From NCBI GenBank assembly GCA_049322615.1, contig JBMORX010000009.1:130321-194320 (forward strand): a stretch of 64,000 bases of DNA, read 5' to 3'. A program made the position numbers and the translations under genes. The notes under the pieces are model-generated. The model ran no database searches. It was given only the letters and a program-made list of their open reading frames with translations, and was not told where the DNA came from. This document shows, piece after piece, positions 1 through 8,971 of the stretch (position 1 is its first letter; the number at the start of each line of letters is the position of its first letter). The DNA comes from Patescibacteria group bacterium. GTDB taxonomy: Bacteria > Patescibacteriota > Microgenomatia > CAYGWK01.

Positions 1-314
1 TTTGGCAGAACATCAATTTTAATCTCTCTCCCTTCCCAAATGAGCAAATCATTATCAAATTTTCCTTCTCTTAAATATTCCAAAATTTTTTCTTTTTCTT
101 TTGATTTTGGGGAAGTGAGGAGATTTTCGACAGCGACAAGTTTAGTTTTCCCAAACAATGAACCAGACTCTAAAGCCAAGCGAATTCCCGAAAGAGAAAT
201 TTTTTGGCCGTCGCAAATTACTGTCTCAATCCTATCTTGTCTTGCTTTTTCCAAAATTTCAATTAGTCTCTTTCGGCTTTGAACAATATTTTCTCCGTGG
301 AGGACTTTAATCAT
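1..314 (-). CDS. holA: DNA polymerase III delta subunit, N-terminal part (runs off window edge; not in ORF track)
   Basis: Manual translation from ATG at 314: MIKVLHGENIVQSRKRLIEI...LESGSLFGKTKLVAVENLL...LLIWEG, matching the HolA N-terminal pattern (xxHGE, SLF, LVxVE). ATGA overlap with the upstream stop. Confidence 0.65.
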   Translation of the reverse strand, partial: MIKVLHGENIVQSRKRLIEILEKARQDRIETVICDGQKISLSGIRLALESGSLFGKTKLVAVENLLTSPKSKEKEKILEYLREGKFDNDLLIWEGREIKIDVLP

Positions 315-682
315 TTGGGTAAATTTTTAAATAATCTTTCAATCTTTTCTCCGAACCTCTCTCCCCTACTTTTTCGATGGGGGAGAAGGGCACCGGAAAA
401 GTTTTTGGGAATATGCAAAAGTTCATGAATCAGAGTTTTTCTTTGATCATCTTTTTTAAGTCTATCAAACCTCTCCGAAAGAACTTCGAGGCAATAAGCA
501 GGCTCTTGCTCTAAGGCTTTTTGCCAAATTCGCGGTAAAGACCAAATTCGCGCCGTTGCCCTGGATTTTGAACCAAAACTCCGAAAACAAAAAATTCTTT
601 TTGGGGAAATATGATTAAAAGAAAGCTTTTTAGCCAAAAAATCTACTTGTTTTTGAATATCTTGAGCAAATTCCCAATTCAT
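311..682 (-). CDS. Putative zinc metallopeptidase (phage-metallopeptidase/SprT-like)
   Basis: HEXXH motif (HELLHIP) and ARIW motif; 123 aa. Confidence 0.7.
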   Translation of the reverse strand: MNWEFAQDIQKQVDFLAKKLSFNHISPKRIFCFRSFGSKSRATARIWSLPRIWQKALEQEPAYCLEVLSERFDRLKKDDQRKTLIHELLHIPKNFSGALLPHRKSRGERFGEKIERLFKNLPK

Positions 683-713
683 GTTTTAATATTCGCATAA
701 ATTCGTGTTGCGG

Positions 714-805
714 CGCAACGTGACTTGTGAGGAAAATCTGAGCCTCACCGCCGCTAAATTTGTGTAAATTCGTGTAAAAAAACTCACAAGGTCACAAGCG
801 TTACG
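714..805. repeat. Long imperfect inverted repeat with internal AAATTCGTGT-like short repeats
   Basis: CGCAACGTGACTTGTGAG (714-731) pairs with CTCACAAGGTCAC..CGTTACG (783-805). Confidence 0.55.
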
Positions 806-1055
806 AACTAATTTTAAACACTTCGTCTCCCTCTTTAACTTCTTGATCAACCTTTAAACCAATACTTTGGCCCTTTTTGGCTTCTTGGATATTTTCGTGC
901 TCAATTTGCATTGAGGAAACTTGTTGAGTAAATTCATTCCCATGACCTGAGATTCTAATTGTCTCTCCAACTGCAAGATTATCACTAAGTTCAACAACCG
1001 CTACCCCAATCTTGTCATAATAATGGGTAATTTTCCCTATTTTAAAATCCGGCAT
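801..1055 (-). CDS. Small translation-elongation-factor-like beta-barrel protein (also resembles the U32 peptidase C-terminal domain)
   Basis: IGKITHYYDKIGVAVV...F.Q.V.SMQIEH...A.KG..IGLKV...V.EGD.VF pattern; strong SD GAGGGGGTGA. Confidence 0.7.
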   Translation of the reverse strand: MPDFKIGKITHYYDKIGVAVVELSDNLAVGETIRISGHGNEFTQQVSSMQIEHENIQEAKKGQSIGLKVDQEVKEGDEVFKISS

Positions 1056-1065
1056 TAGTTGTTTG

Positions 1066-1201
1066 TCACCCCCTCTCTGTGCCTTCAGGAATAGGAAGTT
1101 ATGTTTCCGAATGCACCCCTAATCACAGAAAGCACTGAACTTAACTGAAGGCACTGAGTTTTCTGTGCCCTCAGTGTTGCAGGTTTCCCTTTCGGAATCT
1201 A
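1066..1201 (-). repeat. Structured intergenic element, copy 1 (candidate cis-regulatory RNA or MITE)
   Basis: Near-identical ends with 22413-22527: TAGATTCCGAA...TGCA...TGCATTCGGAAA...AACTTCCTAyTCCTGAAGGCACAGAGAGGGGGTGA. Confidence 0.8.
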
Positions 1202-1699
1202 CTCTTTATTTATTCTACCACAAACTTTTTTCCAGTGGCAAATCGCCACCGCCAAAGCATCGCAGACATCATCAAAATGAGTTTTCTTATGATTTGGAGA
1301 ACGGAAAGACAAAAGCCTCCGGACCTGCCTTTTAACCATTTTTTTATCGGCTTTGCCCGAACCACAAATTTCCATCTTGACTTGCATTGGGACATACTCC
1401 GCTACTGGAATTCTCCCGCGGGCGGCGGCTAGCCTGATGACTCCGGTTGCTTCAGAAACCGCCATGGCAGTTTTAGCATTCGTAGCAAAAAATAGTCTTT
1501 CAATTGCTAAGACATCGGGTTTGTAGCTCTTAATTAAAGAGGCAATTTCCTTATAGATTGCTATCAGACGCTTCCCCCTAAAGTCTCCTTTGTTGGTTTT
1601 TATCCAACCAAAGTCTAAAAGTTCAAAGCCATTTCTTTTGGTCCGCAGCAGACCAAAGCCAGTTGTTGCCGTACCTGGATCAATCCCTAAAATGAGCAT
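1199..1699 (-). CDS. ruvC: Holliday junction resolvase RuvC
   Basis: ILGIDPGT..TGFG, AIERLFF..N, G.GKADK, DD..DALAVA motifs; start set at MLILG (1699). Confidence 0.95.
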   Translation of the reverse strand: MLILGIDPGTATTGFGLLRTKRNGFELLDFGWIKTNKGDFRGKRLIAIYKEIASLIKSYKPDVLAIERLFFATNAKTAMAVSEATGVIRLAAARGRIPVAEYVPMQVKMEICGSGKADKKMVKRQVRRLLSFRSPNHKKTHFDDVCDALAVAICHWKKVCGRINKE

Positions 1700-1799
1700 T
1701 AAGAAAATTATAGCAAGCATATAACACATTGACAAGTTATGTTATATTATTCCCAGACGCTGGCTCTTTAAAATTTTAACCCTTAAAGGAGGCTTTAAG

Positions 1800-2623
1800 G
1801 TGCTTGAGAAATTAAAGCTCAAACTAGCAAGAGACAAACTCAGACTGGCAATCATGATTGCCCTTTTCACCTTGTCGGCAATTGCCTACAAAGTGATCTT
1901 TGGCACTCTAGGAGCAATAGAAATTTTGGCATTTCTCCTAATCCATGAAGGTGGTCATGTTTGGGCAATAGGAAGAACAAGAACTCGGCTTAAAGGAATC
2001 TACTTTCTACCCCTTATTGGAGCTAATGTAACCACCAAAGAAGAGCCTGATTCCTATAAAGCTGAATTCTACACCGCCATAATGGGCCCAACCATGGATC
2101 TAGCCTTCATCTTAATTATCCTAGGCGGATACTGGTATTCTCAGAACATGGTCTTCTTGGTCATTGCCGCCATCTTTGCCTTGACAGACATGTTCTACCT
2201 ATTACCAGTTTTGCCAATGGATGGGGGTTTGATGCTAAAATCTATTGCTTTCTCGTTTTCACCCAAAATCAGACTTCTCCTGATAATCCTGGGATGGTTG
2301 TTCGGCTCACTTATCTACGCCACGACGATTATTTTCCCTTTAATAATCGAAGCGAGCAGATTTGCTAAAGAACTCTTCCAGGCGGGTTTTCTCCTCTTTG
2401 TGGTGTTTCAAATTAGCTGGGAACTATGGCAATTCAAAACATTAGCCGAAGAGGAGAAAAAACCAAAGAGAAGATGTCAAAAAATGAAGTCGTGGGTCAC
2501 CTTACTTTGTACCTTTTCCTGGTGGGCACCCTGCTTTTGGTCATCACCATCACCGCCGGTGCCACCCTGATTACCGCAAATCCAGAAGGGATACTAGAGT
2601 CGCTAATGAGCCTCCGTCATTGA
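1800..2623 (+). CDS. Site-2 protease (M50) family membrane metalloprotease with an apparent frameshift near the 3' end
   Basis: HEGGH, GP and LLPVLPMDGG motifs. The hydrophobic C-terminus continues in the 2426-2623 frame after an A6 run at 2457-2462. Confidence 0.75.
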
Positions 2624-2625
2624 CT

Positions 2626-2683
2626 GGCCACCATTTGTGGTTCTTGCTTAAGAACAAAACCAAGTGGTGGCCTTTCTTTTTTT
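2626..2683 (+). terminator. Rho-independent terminator-like hairpin
   Basis: GGCCACCA...TGGTGGCC stem followed by a T-rich tail, just after the M50 stop. Confidence 0.6.
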
Positions 2684-2691
2684 AGAGCTTT

Positions 2692-2734
2692 CCAGGATAG
2701 TCCTGGGTTCGTGCCTGTTCCAGGATAGTCCTGG
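2692..2734. repeat. REP-like palindrome doublet CCAGGATAGTCCTGG
   Basis: Two copies (2692-2706, 2720-2734); the same doublet recurs at 28669-28710. Confidence 0.75.
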
Positions 2735-2745
2735 GTTTGGTACCT

Positions 2746-3381
2746 TCAAAAAGTTGCTTTTCCGGTTAACCCCAATCGCAAATCAGATAAATTAGATAAA
2801 GAGACAAAAACCGGGAAAATACCCTCTTTAAGCGGGGAAAAACCAATTTTTTCTATTTTTCCCTCAAAGGTTTTATCTGGAAAGGCTTTAAGACTAACTT
2901 TTACTGGCTGACCAACACTTGTCTGGGAAAGCTCTTCCTCTGGCAGCTCGCCCTCAAAGAAAAGACTTTTGGGATTGACAACCGTTATCACAAATCCAGC
3001 CGGAGTAATATTTTCTCCAGGTTGGCCTGGGTCCATCTCCGTTACTATTCCCTCAATCGAGGAATAAAGGTCAGTCGCATTTAAATTTGCCTTGGCAATC
3101 TCAACATTTTTAACAGAAATATCCAAAGAATCCTGATATTTTCTTTTTTCATATTCAGTTAACTCTTGTTTTTGCTTCTCATCGAAAAGAGCTCTTTCCA
3201 AATCATATTCTTTTAAAGCCCTCTCTAAATAAGCCTGAAGTTCGGTTTTTTCCAAAGTTGCCAAAAGTTGCCCCTTTTTGACGGTATCTCCGATTTTGCA
3301 ATTAACTGAAGCGAGTTTTCCGCTAATTTGAAATTTAATATAGGCAACTTCAGAAGCCTTAATTTTTCCAGAAAATTCCAT
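2746..3381 (-). CDS. RND efflux periplasmic adaptor (HlyD/MFP family), short, no visible N-terminal anchor
   Basis: F.ISGK...V...GD.VKKGQLLA.L lipoyl-like motif; coiled coil; L.S.IEGIV; VGQ.V.V.L.AFP...F.GKI. Confidence 0.8.
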   Translation of the reverse strand: MEFSGKIKASEVAYIKFQISGKLASVNCKIGDTVKKGQLLATLEKTELQAYLERALKEYDLERALFDEKQKQELTEYEKRKYQDSLDISVKNVEIAKANLNATDLYSSIEGIVTEMDPGQPGENITPAGFVITVVNPKSLFFEGELPEEELSQTSVGQPVKVSLKAFPDKTFEGKIEKIGFSPLKEGIFPVFVSLSNLSDLRLGLTGKATF

Positions 3382-3409
3382 AATTTAATACTACCACCTT
3401 TCTCGATTT

Positions 3410-3787
3410 TCAACCAGTGATATTTTTGATGATTTTTATCTTCCCTACTCTACCTGTGGGGGAGAGGTCAAGACAAACAGCATCTAAACGTAAGGCTTCC
3501 GGAAGTTCGGGGTGAAGCATTTTATAATATTCGCCTGCCTTAATAATCCTTCTTATTTTCCAAGGAGTAATTGCCTCTTCTGGTGGACCGAAAGATTTGC
3601 TCCAGCGGGTTTTGACCTCAACAAAAACCAATACTTGCCCTGAGCCTGCCGAAGGGTCTTGAGCAATAATATCGATTTCTCCAAATTTCGAACGGAAATT
3701 TCTTTGAAGAATTTTGTAGCCGTTCTTTTTGAGGAATTTTACCGCGAGATCTTCCCCTAAAATTCCTAAATCGGGCCTGTCTGGCAT
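3410..3787 (-). CDS. yraN: YraN family endonuclease (UPF0102)
   Basis: G..GEDLA..FL...GY.IL.RNFR...GEIDIIA...LVFVEVKTR. Confidence 0.9.
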   Translation of the reverse strand: MPDRPDLGILGEDLAVKFLKKNGYKILQRNFRSKFGEIDIIAQDPSAGSGQVLVFVEVKTRWSKSFGPPEEAITPWKIRRIIKAGEYYKMLHPELPEALRLDAVCLDLSPTGRVGKIKIIKNITG

Positions 3788-4065
3788 TATTTTTTACTCT
3801 GTTTTCGGAGATAATAAAGCTTTGCTCGTCTTACCTTGCCTTTTTTCTTAACCTCAATTTTGGTTAATAAAGGTGAGGTAAGAGGAAAAATTCTTTCAAT
3901 CCCAATCCCTCCTGCCCCAATTCGCCTAACCGTAAAAGTTTTATTCTCGCCTTCTCCCCGGATAGCAATTACCGTTCCCTGGAAGGGGTTTCCTGAACCA
4001 AAGAAAACTTTAACATTGTCTCCAACTGAAAATTCGGTTTCTCCTAATTTTGCCTGATTTGCCAT
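3787..4065 (-). CDS. rplS: 50S ribosomal protein L19
   Basis: [36 protein letters not shown]. Confidence 0.97.
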   Translation of the reverse strand: MANQAKLGETEFSVGDNVKVFFGSGNPFQGTVIAIRGEGENKTFTVRRIGAGGIGIERIFPLTSPLLTKIEVKKKGKVRRAKLYYLRKQSKK

Positions 4066-4072
4066 ATGAAGA

Positions 4073-5740
4073 TTATTGTAGCATGGCAGCCTTTATGAAT
4101 TCAAGGAAGAGCGGGTGGGGAGAAAGAAATCTAGATTTGTATTCTGGATGGAATTGGATGCCAACAAAAAATGGGTGGTCGGGGATTTCCACGGCTTCAA
4201 TCAATTTTCCATCAGGCGAGACACCGGAAATCTTCATCCCTGCCTTCTCAAATAATTCTTGATATTTATTATTAAATTCATATCGATGGCGATGGCGTTC
4301 GGAAATTAGGTAATTAGTAATTAGTAATTGGGAATTAGTAGTTTTATTATATTTTTCGTAACAATTAGCCGTTTTGGTGCCCCTGATTAACTTGCAAGGC
4401 CAAGCCCCAAGCCTGATTGTCCCTCCATATTGATGTTTTTCAAGATATTCTTTCTGATCAGGCATAATGTGGATAACTGGATGTTTAGTTTTGGGGTTAA
4501 CCTCGGTCGAATTTGCTCCAGTCAAACCTAAAACATTCCGCCCAAATTCAATCACCGCCATCTGCATTCCAAAACAAAGACCAAGGTAAGGAATTTTGTT
4601 TTCCCGGGCATACTGAACCGCTTTTATTTTTCCCTCAACTCCTCGACTTCCCCAACCCTGGGGCACAACAACTCCGTCTACCCCTTTCAGGGCTTCAGTT
4701 AATTTCTGTGTATTCAGTGTTTCCAGTTTTTCACTGTCAATCCAAACAATTTCTGGTTTAACATTATTAAACCAGGCTGCATGTTTAATCGCCTCGAGGA
4801 CACTAATATAGGAATCTCCCAGAGAAAAATCACCGCTGGTGTAGTATTTTGCCACTATACCAATTTTCACTTCTTTTTTCAATTGATTGCTCTTTTGAAC
4901 CATTTTCTCCCAGTCTAAAAGATCTCTTTTCCGGCTTTTTAAGCCAAATTTTTTTAAGATTTTTTCTGTCAAATTTTGTTTCTCGAAATTTAAAGGAATC
5001 TCATAAATGTTAGTCACATCTGGGGCTGAAATAACATCATCTTTGTCAACATTACAAAAAAGAGCCAATTTTTCTTTCCGAATTTCATCCAGTGGTTTTT
5101 CGCTGCGACCTAAAATAAAGTCTGGCTGCAAGCCAACAGAGTTTAAAGCCCTAACTGACATCTGAACCGGTTTCGATTTCATTTCTCCGATTGAGAGAGG
5201 AATTGGTAAGTAACCAAGATGAATATGTAAAACATCCTCTGGGCGAGCTAACTTTAACATTCGGTTAGCCTCCAAAAAGAGAGCATTCTGATACTCTCCT
5301 ACCGTTCCCCCTATCTCGACCAGAACGATATTGGCTTTTCTTTCTTCACCTCCCTTTTCAATACGGCGAATGATTTCTTCTGGAATATGGGGGACAACCT
5401 CGACACATTTACCCCCATACTCTAAGTTTCGTTCTCGAGCAATTACCGTTTGATAAACTTGCCCAGTAGTCATGTAATTTAAGGCACTAAGATTTTCACC
5501 TAAGAAACGTTCATAATGACCAAGATCTTGGTCGGTTTCTGAACCGTCGTCCAAAACGAAAATCTCCCCATGAACTACTGGATTCATTGTTCCAGCATCA
5601 ACGTTAATATAGGGATCACACTTTATTGGAGAAACCATAAAACCCCGCGATTTTAAAAGTAAAGAAATTGCAGCAGTAGCCAAGCCCTTGCCGATTCCAG
5701 AAATTACTCCCCCAGAAATAAAAATAAACTTAGGTCGCAC
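4073..5740 (-). CDS. pyrG: CTP synthase
   Basis: [41 protein letters not shown] motifs. Confidence 0.98.
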   Translation of the reverse strand: MRPKFIFISGGVISGIGKGLATAAISLLLKSRGFMVSPIKCDPYINVDAGTMNPVVHGEIFVLDDGSETDQDLGHYERFLGENLSALNYMTTGQVYQTVIARERNLEYGGKCVEVVPHIPEEIIRRIEKGGEERKANIVLVEIGGTVGEYQNALFLEANRMLKLARPEDVLHIHLGYLPIPLSIGEMKSKPVQMSVRALNSVGLQPDFILGRSEKPLDEIRKEKLALFCNVDKDDVISAPDVTNIYEIPLNFEKQNLTEKILKKFGLKSRKRDLLDWEKMVQKSNQLKKEVKIGIVAKYYTSGDFSLGDSYISVLEAIKHAAWFNNVKPEIVWIDSEKLETLNTQKLTEALKGVDGVVVPQGWGSRGVEGKIKAVQYARENKIPYLGLCFGMQMAVIEFGRNVLGLTGANSTEVNPKTKHPVIHIMPDQKEYLEKHQYGGTIRLGAWPCKLIRGTKTANCYEKYNKTTNSQLLITNYLISERHRHRYEFNNKYQELFEKAGMKISGVSPDGKLIEAVEIPDHPFFVGIQFHPEYKSRFLSPHPLFLEFIKAAMLQ

Positions 5741-5786
5741 AGCTCATTATCCAAAAAAAACTATCTTTCTGTCAAGCCCTCCAATC

Positions 5787-5824
5787 TAATATTTATAAAT
5801 AACGGCCGTTATGGTTAAATATTA
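5787..5824. repeat. Palindrome left of PaaX-like gene 1 (core TAACGGCCGTTA)
   Basis: TAATATTTA..TAACGGCCGTTA..TAAATATTA; partner at 6586-6623. Confidence 0.8.
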
Positions 5825-5836
5825 AAGGGGGAAGAG

Positions 5837-6601
5837 ATGGCTAAGAAATTAAGAATCAGAGATAAACTTCTTCTCGGCCTCGCCTTATCGGCTGATATTA
5901 TTCTGCCGGCAACTTTACGAGCAATGAGAGGGTTACCACCCCAGAGTCTATCTTTATGGGGACCTCCAGCCTATAAGAAAGAAAATTTTTATTCATTAGC
6001 TTCAAGGTTGGTAAAAACTAATTTTATTGAAAAAATTATTAAAGACGGTCAGCCCTATTTGCGACTAAGCAATCAGGGAAGAATAAGACTAAATCGGGAC
6101 TTCCCTCTTCTTCTGATGCAGCAGAAGGGTTGGGATGGTCAATGGCGGATAGTGATTTTCGACATTAGTGAGGCAAGCCGTTATATTCGCGATGTTTTAA
6201 GAGAGAAGTTAAAAAGCTTGGGTTTTGGTAAGTTACAACAAAGTGTTTACATCTCCCCTTACGATTTTGAGCAAGATTTAGCCGAATTTTTAGAAAGCCA
6301 TCATCTTTTGGGAAAAGCCTTTGTTTTGACCGCCAAACATAGACTGATGGGTGACGCCCAAACTTTAGCCAATTATGTTTGGAAACTAGATAAAATTAAT
6401 GGGGAGTACCAAGAAATTTTGGATAAACTGGAAAAATTAAAGTTGCCAAAGGCAGCCGAAGAAAAAACAGCCCTTATCCAACAATTAAGAATAGAATATT
6501 TTGACTTGCTTTTAAAAGATCCCCTCCTGCCAAAAGAACTTTTACCCGATGATTGGCTAGGTTTCTCTGTCCGTAGAGTTATCTCTAATATTAGCACCTA
6601 A
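5837..6601 (+). CDS. PaaX-family protein (wHTH, Cas2-like central domain, PaaX C-terminus)
   Basis: WDGQWRIVIFDISE..R..RD.LR..L..LGFG.LQ.SVYISP; DPLLP.ELLP.DW.G. Confidence 0.85.
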   Translation: MAKKLRIRDKLLLGLALSADIILPATLRAMRGLPPQSLSLWGPPAYKKENFYSLASRLVKTNFIEKIIKDGQPYLRLSNQGRIRLNRDFPLLLMQQKGWDGQWRIVIFDISEASRYIRDVLREKLKSLGFGKLQQSVYISPYDFEQDLAEFLESHHLLGKAFVLTAKHRLMGDAQTLANYVWKLDKINGEYQEILDKLEKLKLPKAAEEKTALIQQLRIEYFDLLLKDPLLPKELLPDDWLGFSVRRVISNIST

Positions 6602-6623
6602 CGGCCGTTACCACGAAATATCA
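6586..6623. repeat. Palindrome right of PaaX-like gene 1; contains its stop codon
   Basis: TAATATT..TAACGGCCGTTA..AATATCA. Confidence 0.8.
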
Positions 6624-6645
6624 TGTTTGTTTAAATTAAAAGAGG

Positions 6646-7458
6646 TCAAGAAGTAATCCTTCCTCGATTCCACCAGGCTCGATTGTCATACCACGGCAAA
6701 AGAGGCTCGCTCCAGTCTCCAGCATCGCCAACGGCATAAGTTCCTTGAGGATATCTTTCTTCAACAGTTCTCATCAAATAAAAAACTTCATTCATGGCAT
6801 AAACTGGCATTCCTCCTTTAATCGCTAACCCTAGATTAAGTCCTCTGGCATAATCCAAAAGAAACTCCCCACCAAGCTGGGAAACAGCCAAAGCATGGAC
6901 CTCGATAATTTTTGGTCTAACCTCATTTTCAGCAATTGTTTTTAAAATGCCGGCGATAGTAATTCCGGTGGCAACGCAACCCTCACCGATGATTATTCTC
7001 TCTTTTTCGAAATCTTCAAGCGGCAAAGAACCTATCAAGCCCAGAGCTAAGTCTCCATTTTCCATTGGCAGTCTCTTTCCCTCTACTTCATAAACCTCAA
7101 CATGAGGATAAAATCTCGCCACCAGACTTCCTGCTCTTTTGATGGCGATAAATTTCCCTTGAGTTTCAGGTCCTAAGAAAGAAAAAAAATGAGCTAATTG
7201 TCTTTGATATTCAAATCGAGCTCCTGAATTTTCTGGGGTCATGCTGTTAGCAATTCTTGTTATCTTGTCGTAAATTTCCCTAATTCTACTGATTTCAAAA
7301 CCTAAAAACTCAAGACCAGGCAGGTTTTCTTTCGCCCTTTCCTCCAAAGGCACCACGAAATTCCGCATTGGCTCAAAAATCTTCCCAAAGTTAATCACCC
7401 GATCAAATTCTCTTGGTCCATGATAATGCTCGGCTAAACCAGTTACTCTTTCGGTCAT
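6646..7458 (-). CDS. Divergent type I phosphoribosyltransferase, probably uracil PRTase
   Basis: PRPP-loop-like IIIGEGCVATGIT and C-terminal YAVGDAGD (compare Upp GDAGDR); next to a uracil permease. Confidence 0.6.
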   Translation of the reverse strand: MTERVTGLAEHYHGPREFDRVINFGKIFEPMRNFVVPLEERAKENLPGLEFLGFEISRIREIYDKITRIANSMTPENSGARFEYQRQLAHFFSFLGPETQGKFIAIKRAGSLVARFYPHVEVYEVEGKRLPMENGDLALGLIGSLPLEDFEKERIIIGEGCVATGITIAGILKTIAENEVRPKIIEVHALAVSQLGGEFLLDYARGLNLGLAIKGGMPVYAMNEVFYLMRTVEERYPQGTYAVGDAGDWSEPLLPWYDNRAWWNRGRITS

Positions 7459-7540
7459 AGTTTTTAAATATAAGAACTACTGGAGGGGATGAAAATTGGG
7501 GTGGAAGATTTCCATCCCCTCCTTGGATGAATCTGGAAGG

Positions 7541-8971
7541 TTATTTATTGGTGTCTACTGGATCACTTGCGTCGGCAAGAACAGGGGCTGCACGTCTCTC
7601 AACCAGGTCCTGAGCGGTTGGGAACAGGGTAAACATGGTGTTGAGCAGAATCCCGGATAAGGCTGCAGCCGCAATGGCCGGTACTCCGCCAGGTAGAAGC
7701 GTGTCTAGCCCCGGTGGCAGTGGAACGGGGAGCGAACCTCCGTATTTGTTTCCCCCGCCGATCCCCAGGATCAAAACCACCGAGACGATCGCCACGTTCT
7801 TCGGCTCAAGTAGATCACCAGCCTCCAGGAGCATTTTGATGCCCACGATGCCAAAGGCGGCGAACATGTAGATAGCCAACCCACCGGTGACTGCTGTGGG
7901 AATTGTCTCGACCAGAGCCTCAAGATGCCCGCTGAAACCAGAGAGAATCCCAAGGATCGCAGCCGTCATCACCGCGAACACAGTCGCTGCGCCAGAGGCG
8001 ATGATTGTAGCAATTGTCTCTCCGTAGTTAGTTCCCATTGCCCCACCGAGCATGCCGGTGATCACGTCACCCAGCCCGTCACCCACGATGTTGCGCCCGA
8101 CCAGATACTCAATGTCTTCCGCCTTCTTCCCGTGTCTCTTGGCAATGTCCTTGATGGCGATTCTCACTTGGTAGAAGTGAGCCAAACTTTCTGGGATGGT
8201 TGCGATTACCACCGGAACTATGCTTAGCACCGCCGCCAACGCAGCAGGGTTCCCGAAAGCTGGGAAGACAAGATGGGGTGGACGAACCACTTCGGCGCTA
8301 AACACGGGGGCAAAGTTGACCAATCCCAGGGGAATAGCGACGAGATACCCGACAAACCCTCCCCCTAGGATGGGCAACATTCCCAGGAGGCCGCTTCTTA
8401 GACGCCAAGTCCAGAAGACGACCGCCAGGAAGGTCACAAACGCCACTGTCCACCAGGTGAGACTCGCTATTGGCTTACCGGCCTGGTCAACCAGACAGCA
8501 CATACCGCTAGCCATGTCAATAGCGGCTGAACTTAACGCGTAGGCGATGATCATCGCCACCGATCCTTGCAATCCTGCCGGCAAGACCCTTACAACCCAT
8601 TGGGGACCCATCTTAACGATCAACAGACCCACAAGAATCTGGGTGACACCGGCAACCGCAATGCCAACGAGGGCGATACTGACGCCAACATCTCCGCCTC
8701 CGTTAGCCTTGACGACCATCATCACCGCGGCAATGGCCGAGAACGAACTACCATAGTACAAAGGTACCCTGAACCTTGTGACTACTAATGCCGCCAGGGT
8801 AGCACAACCACTGGCAAACAAAGTTGCCGAGACGTTGAATCCGGTCAGGACCGGAACCAACACCGTAGCCGGGAAAATAGCCAGGAAATGCTGAAACCCT
8901 AACAACAGAGTTGGAGCAAACCCTGGCCATTCTAGCGGCAGGTAGCCACCAATGTTCTTGTTTCTTACCAT
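7541..8971 (-). CDS. uraA: NCS2/NAT family nucleobase permease (UraA/PyrP-like)
   Basis: LGFQHFLA.F.ATVLVP, PLYYGSSF, T.PE..AH, GDG, TNYGE signature. Start set at MVRNK (8971) with SD AGGAGAGG. Confidence 0.85.
   Translation of the reverse strand: MVRNKNIGGYLPLEWPGFAPTLLLGFQHFLAIFPATVLVPVLTGFNVSATLFASGCATLAALVVTRFRVPLYYGSSFSAIAAVMMVVKANGGGDVGVSIALVGIAVAGVTQILVGLLIVKMGPQWVVRVLPAGLQGSVAMIIAYALSSAAIDMASGMCCLVDQAGKPIASLTWWTVAFVTFLAVVFWTWRLRSGLLGMLPILGGGFVGYLVAIPLGLVNFAPVFSAEVVRPPHLVFPAFGNPAALAAVLSIVPVVIATIPESLAHFYQVRIAIKDIAKRHGKKAEDIEYLVGRNIVGDGLGDVITGMLGGAMGTNYGETIATIIASGAATVFAVMTAAILGILSGFSGHLEALVETIPTAVTGGLAIYMFAAFGIVGIKMLLEAGDLLEPKNVAIVSVVLILGIGGGNKYGGSLPVPLPPGLDTLLPGGVPAIAAAALSGILLNTMFTLFPTAQDLVERRAAPVLADASDPVDTNK

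Noticed and set aside
7635-8788. Numerous plus-strand ORFs opposite uraA and opposite other long genes
   Set aside because: Antisense shadows of well-supported genes, favoured by high GC; no independent motifs
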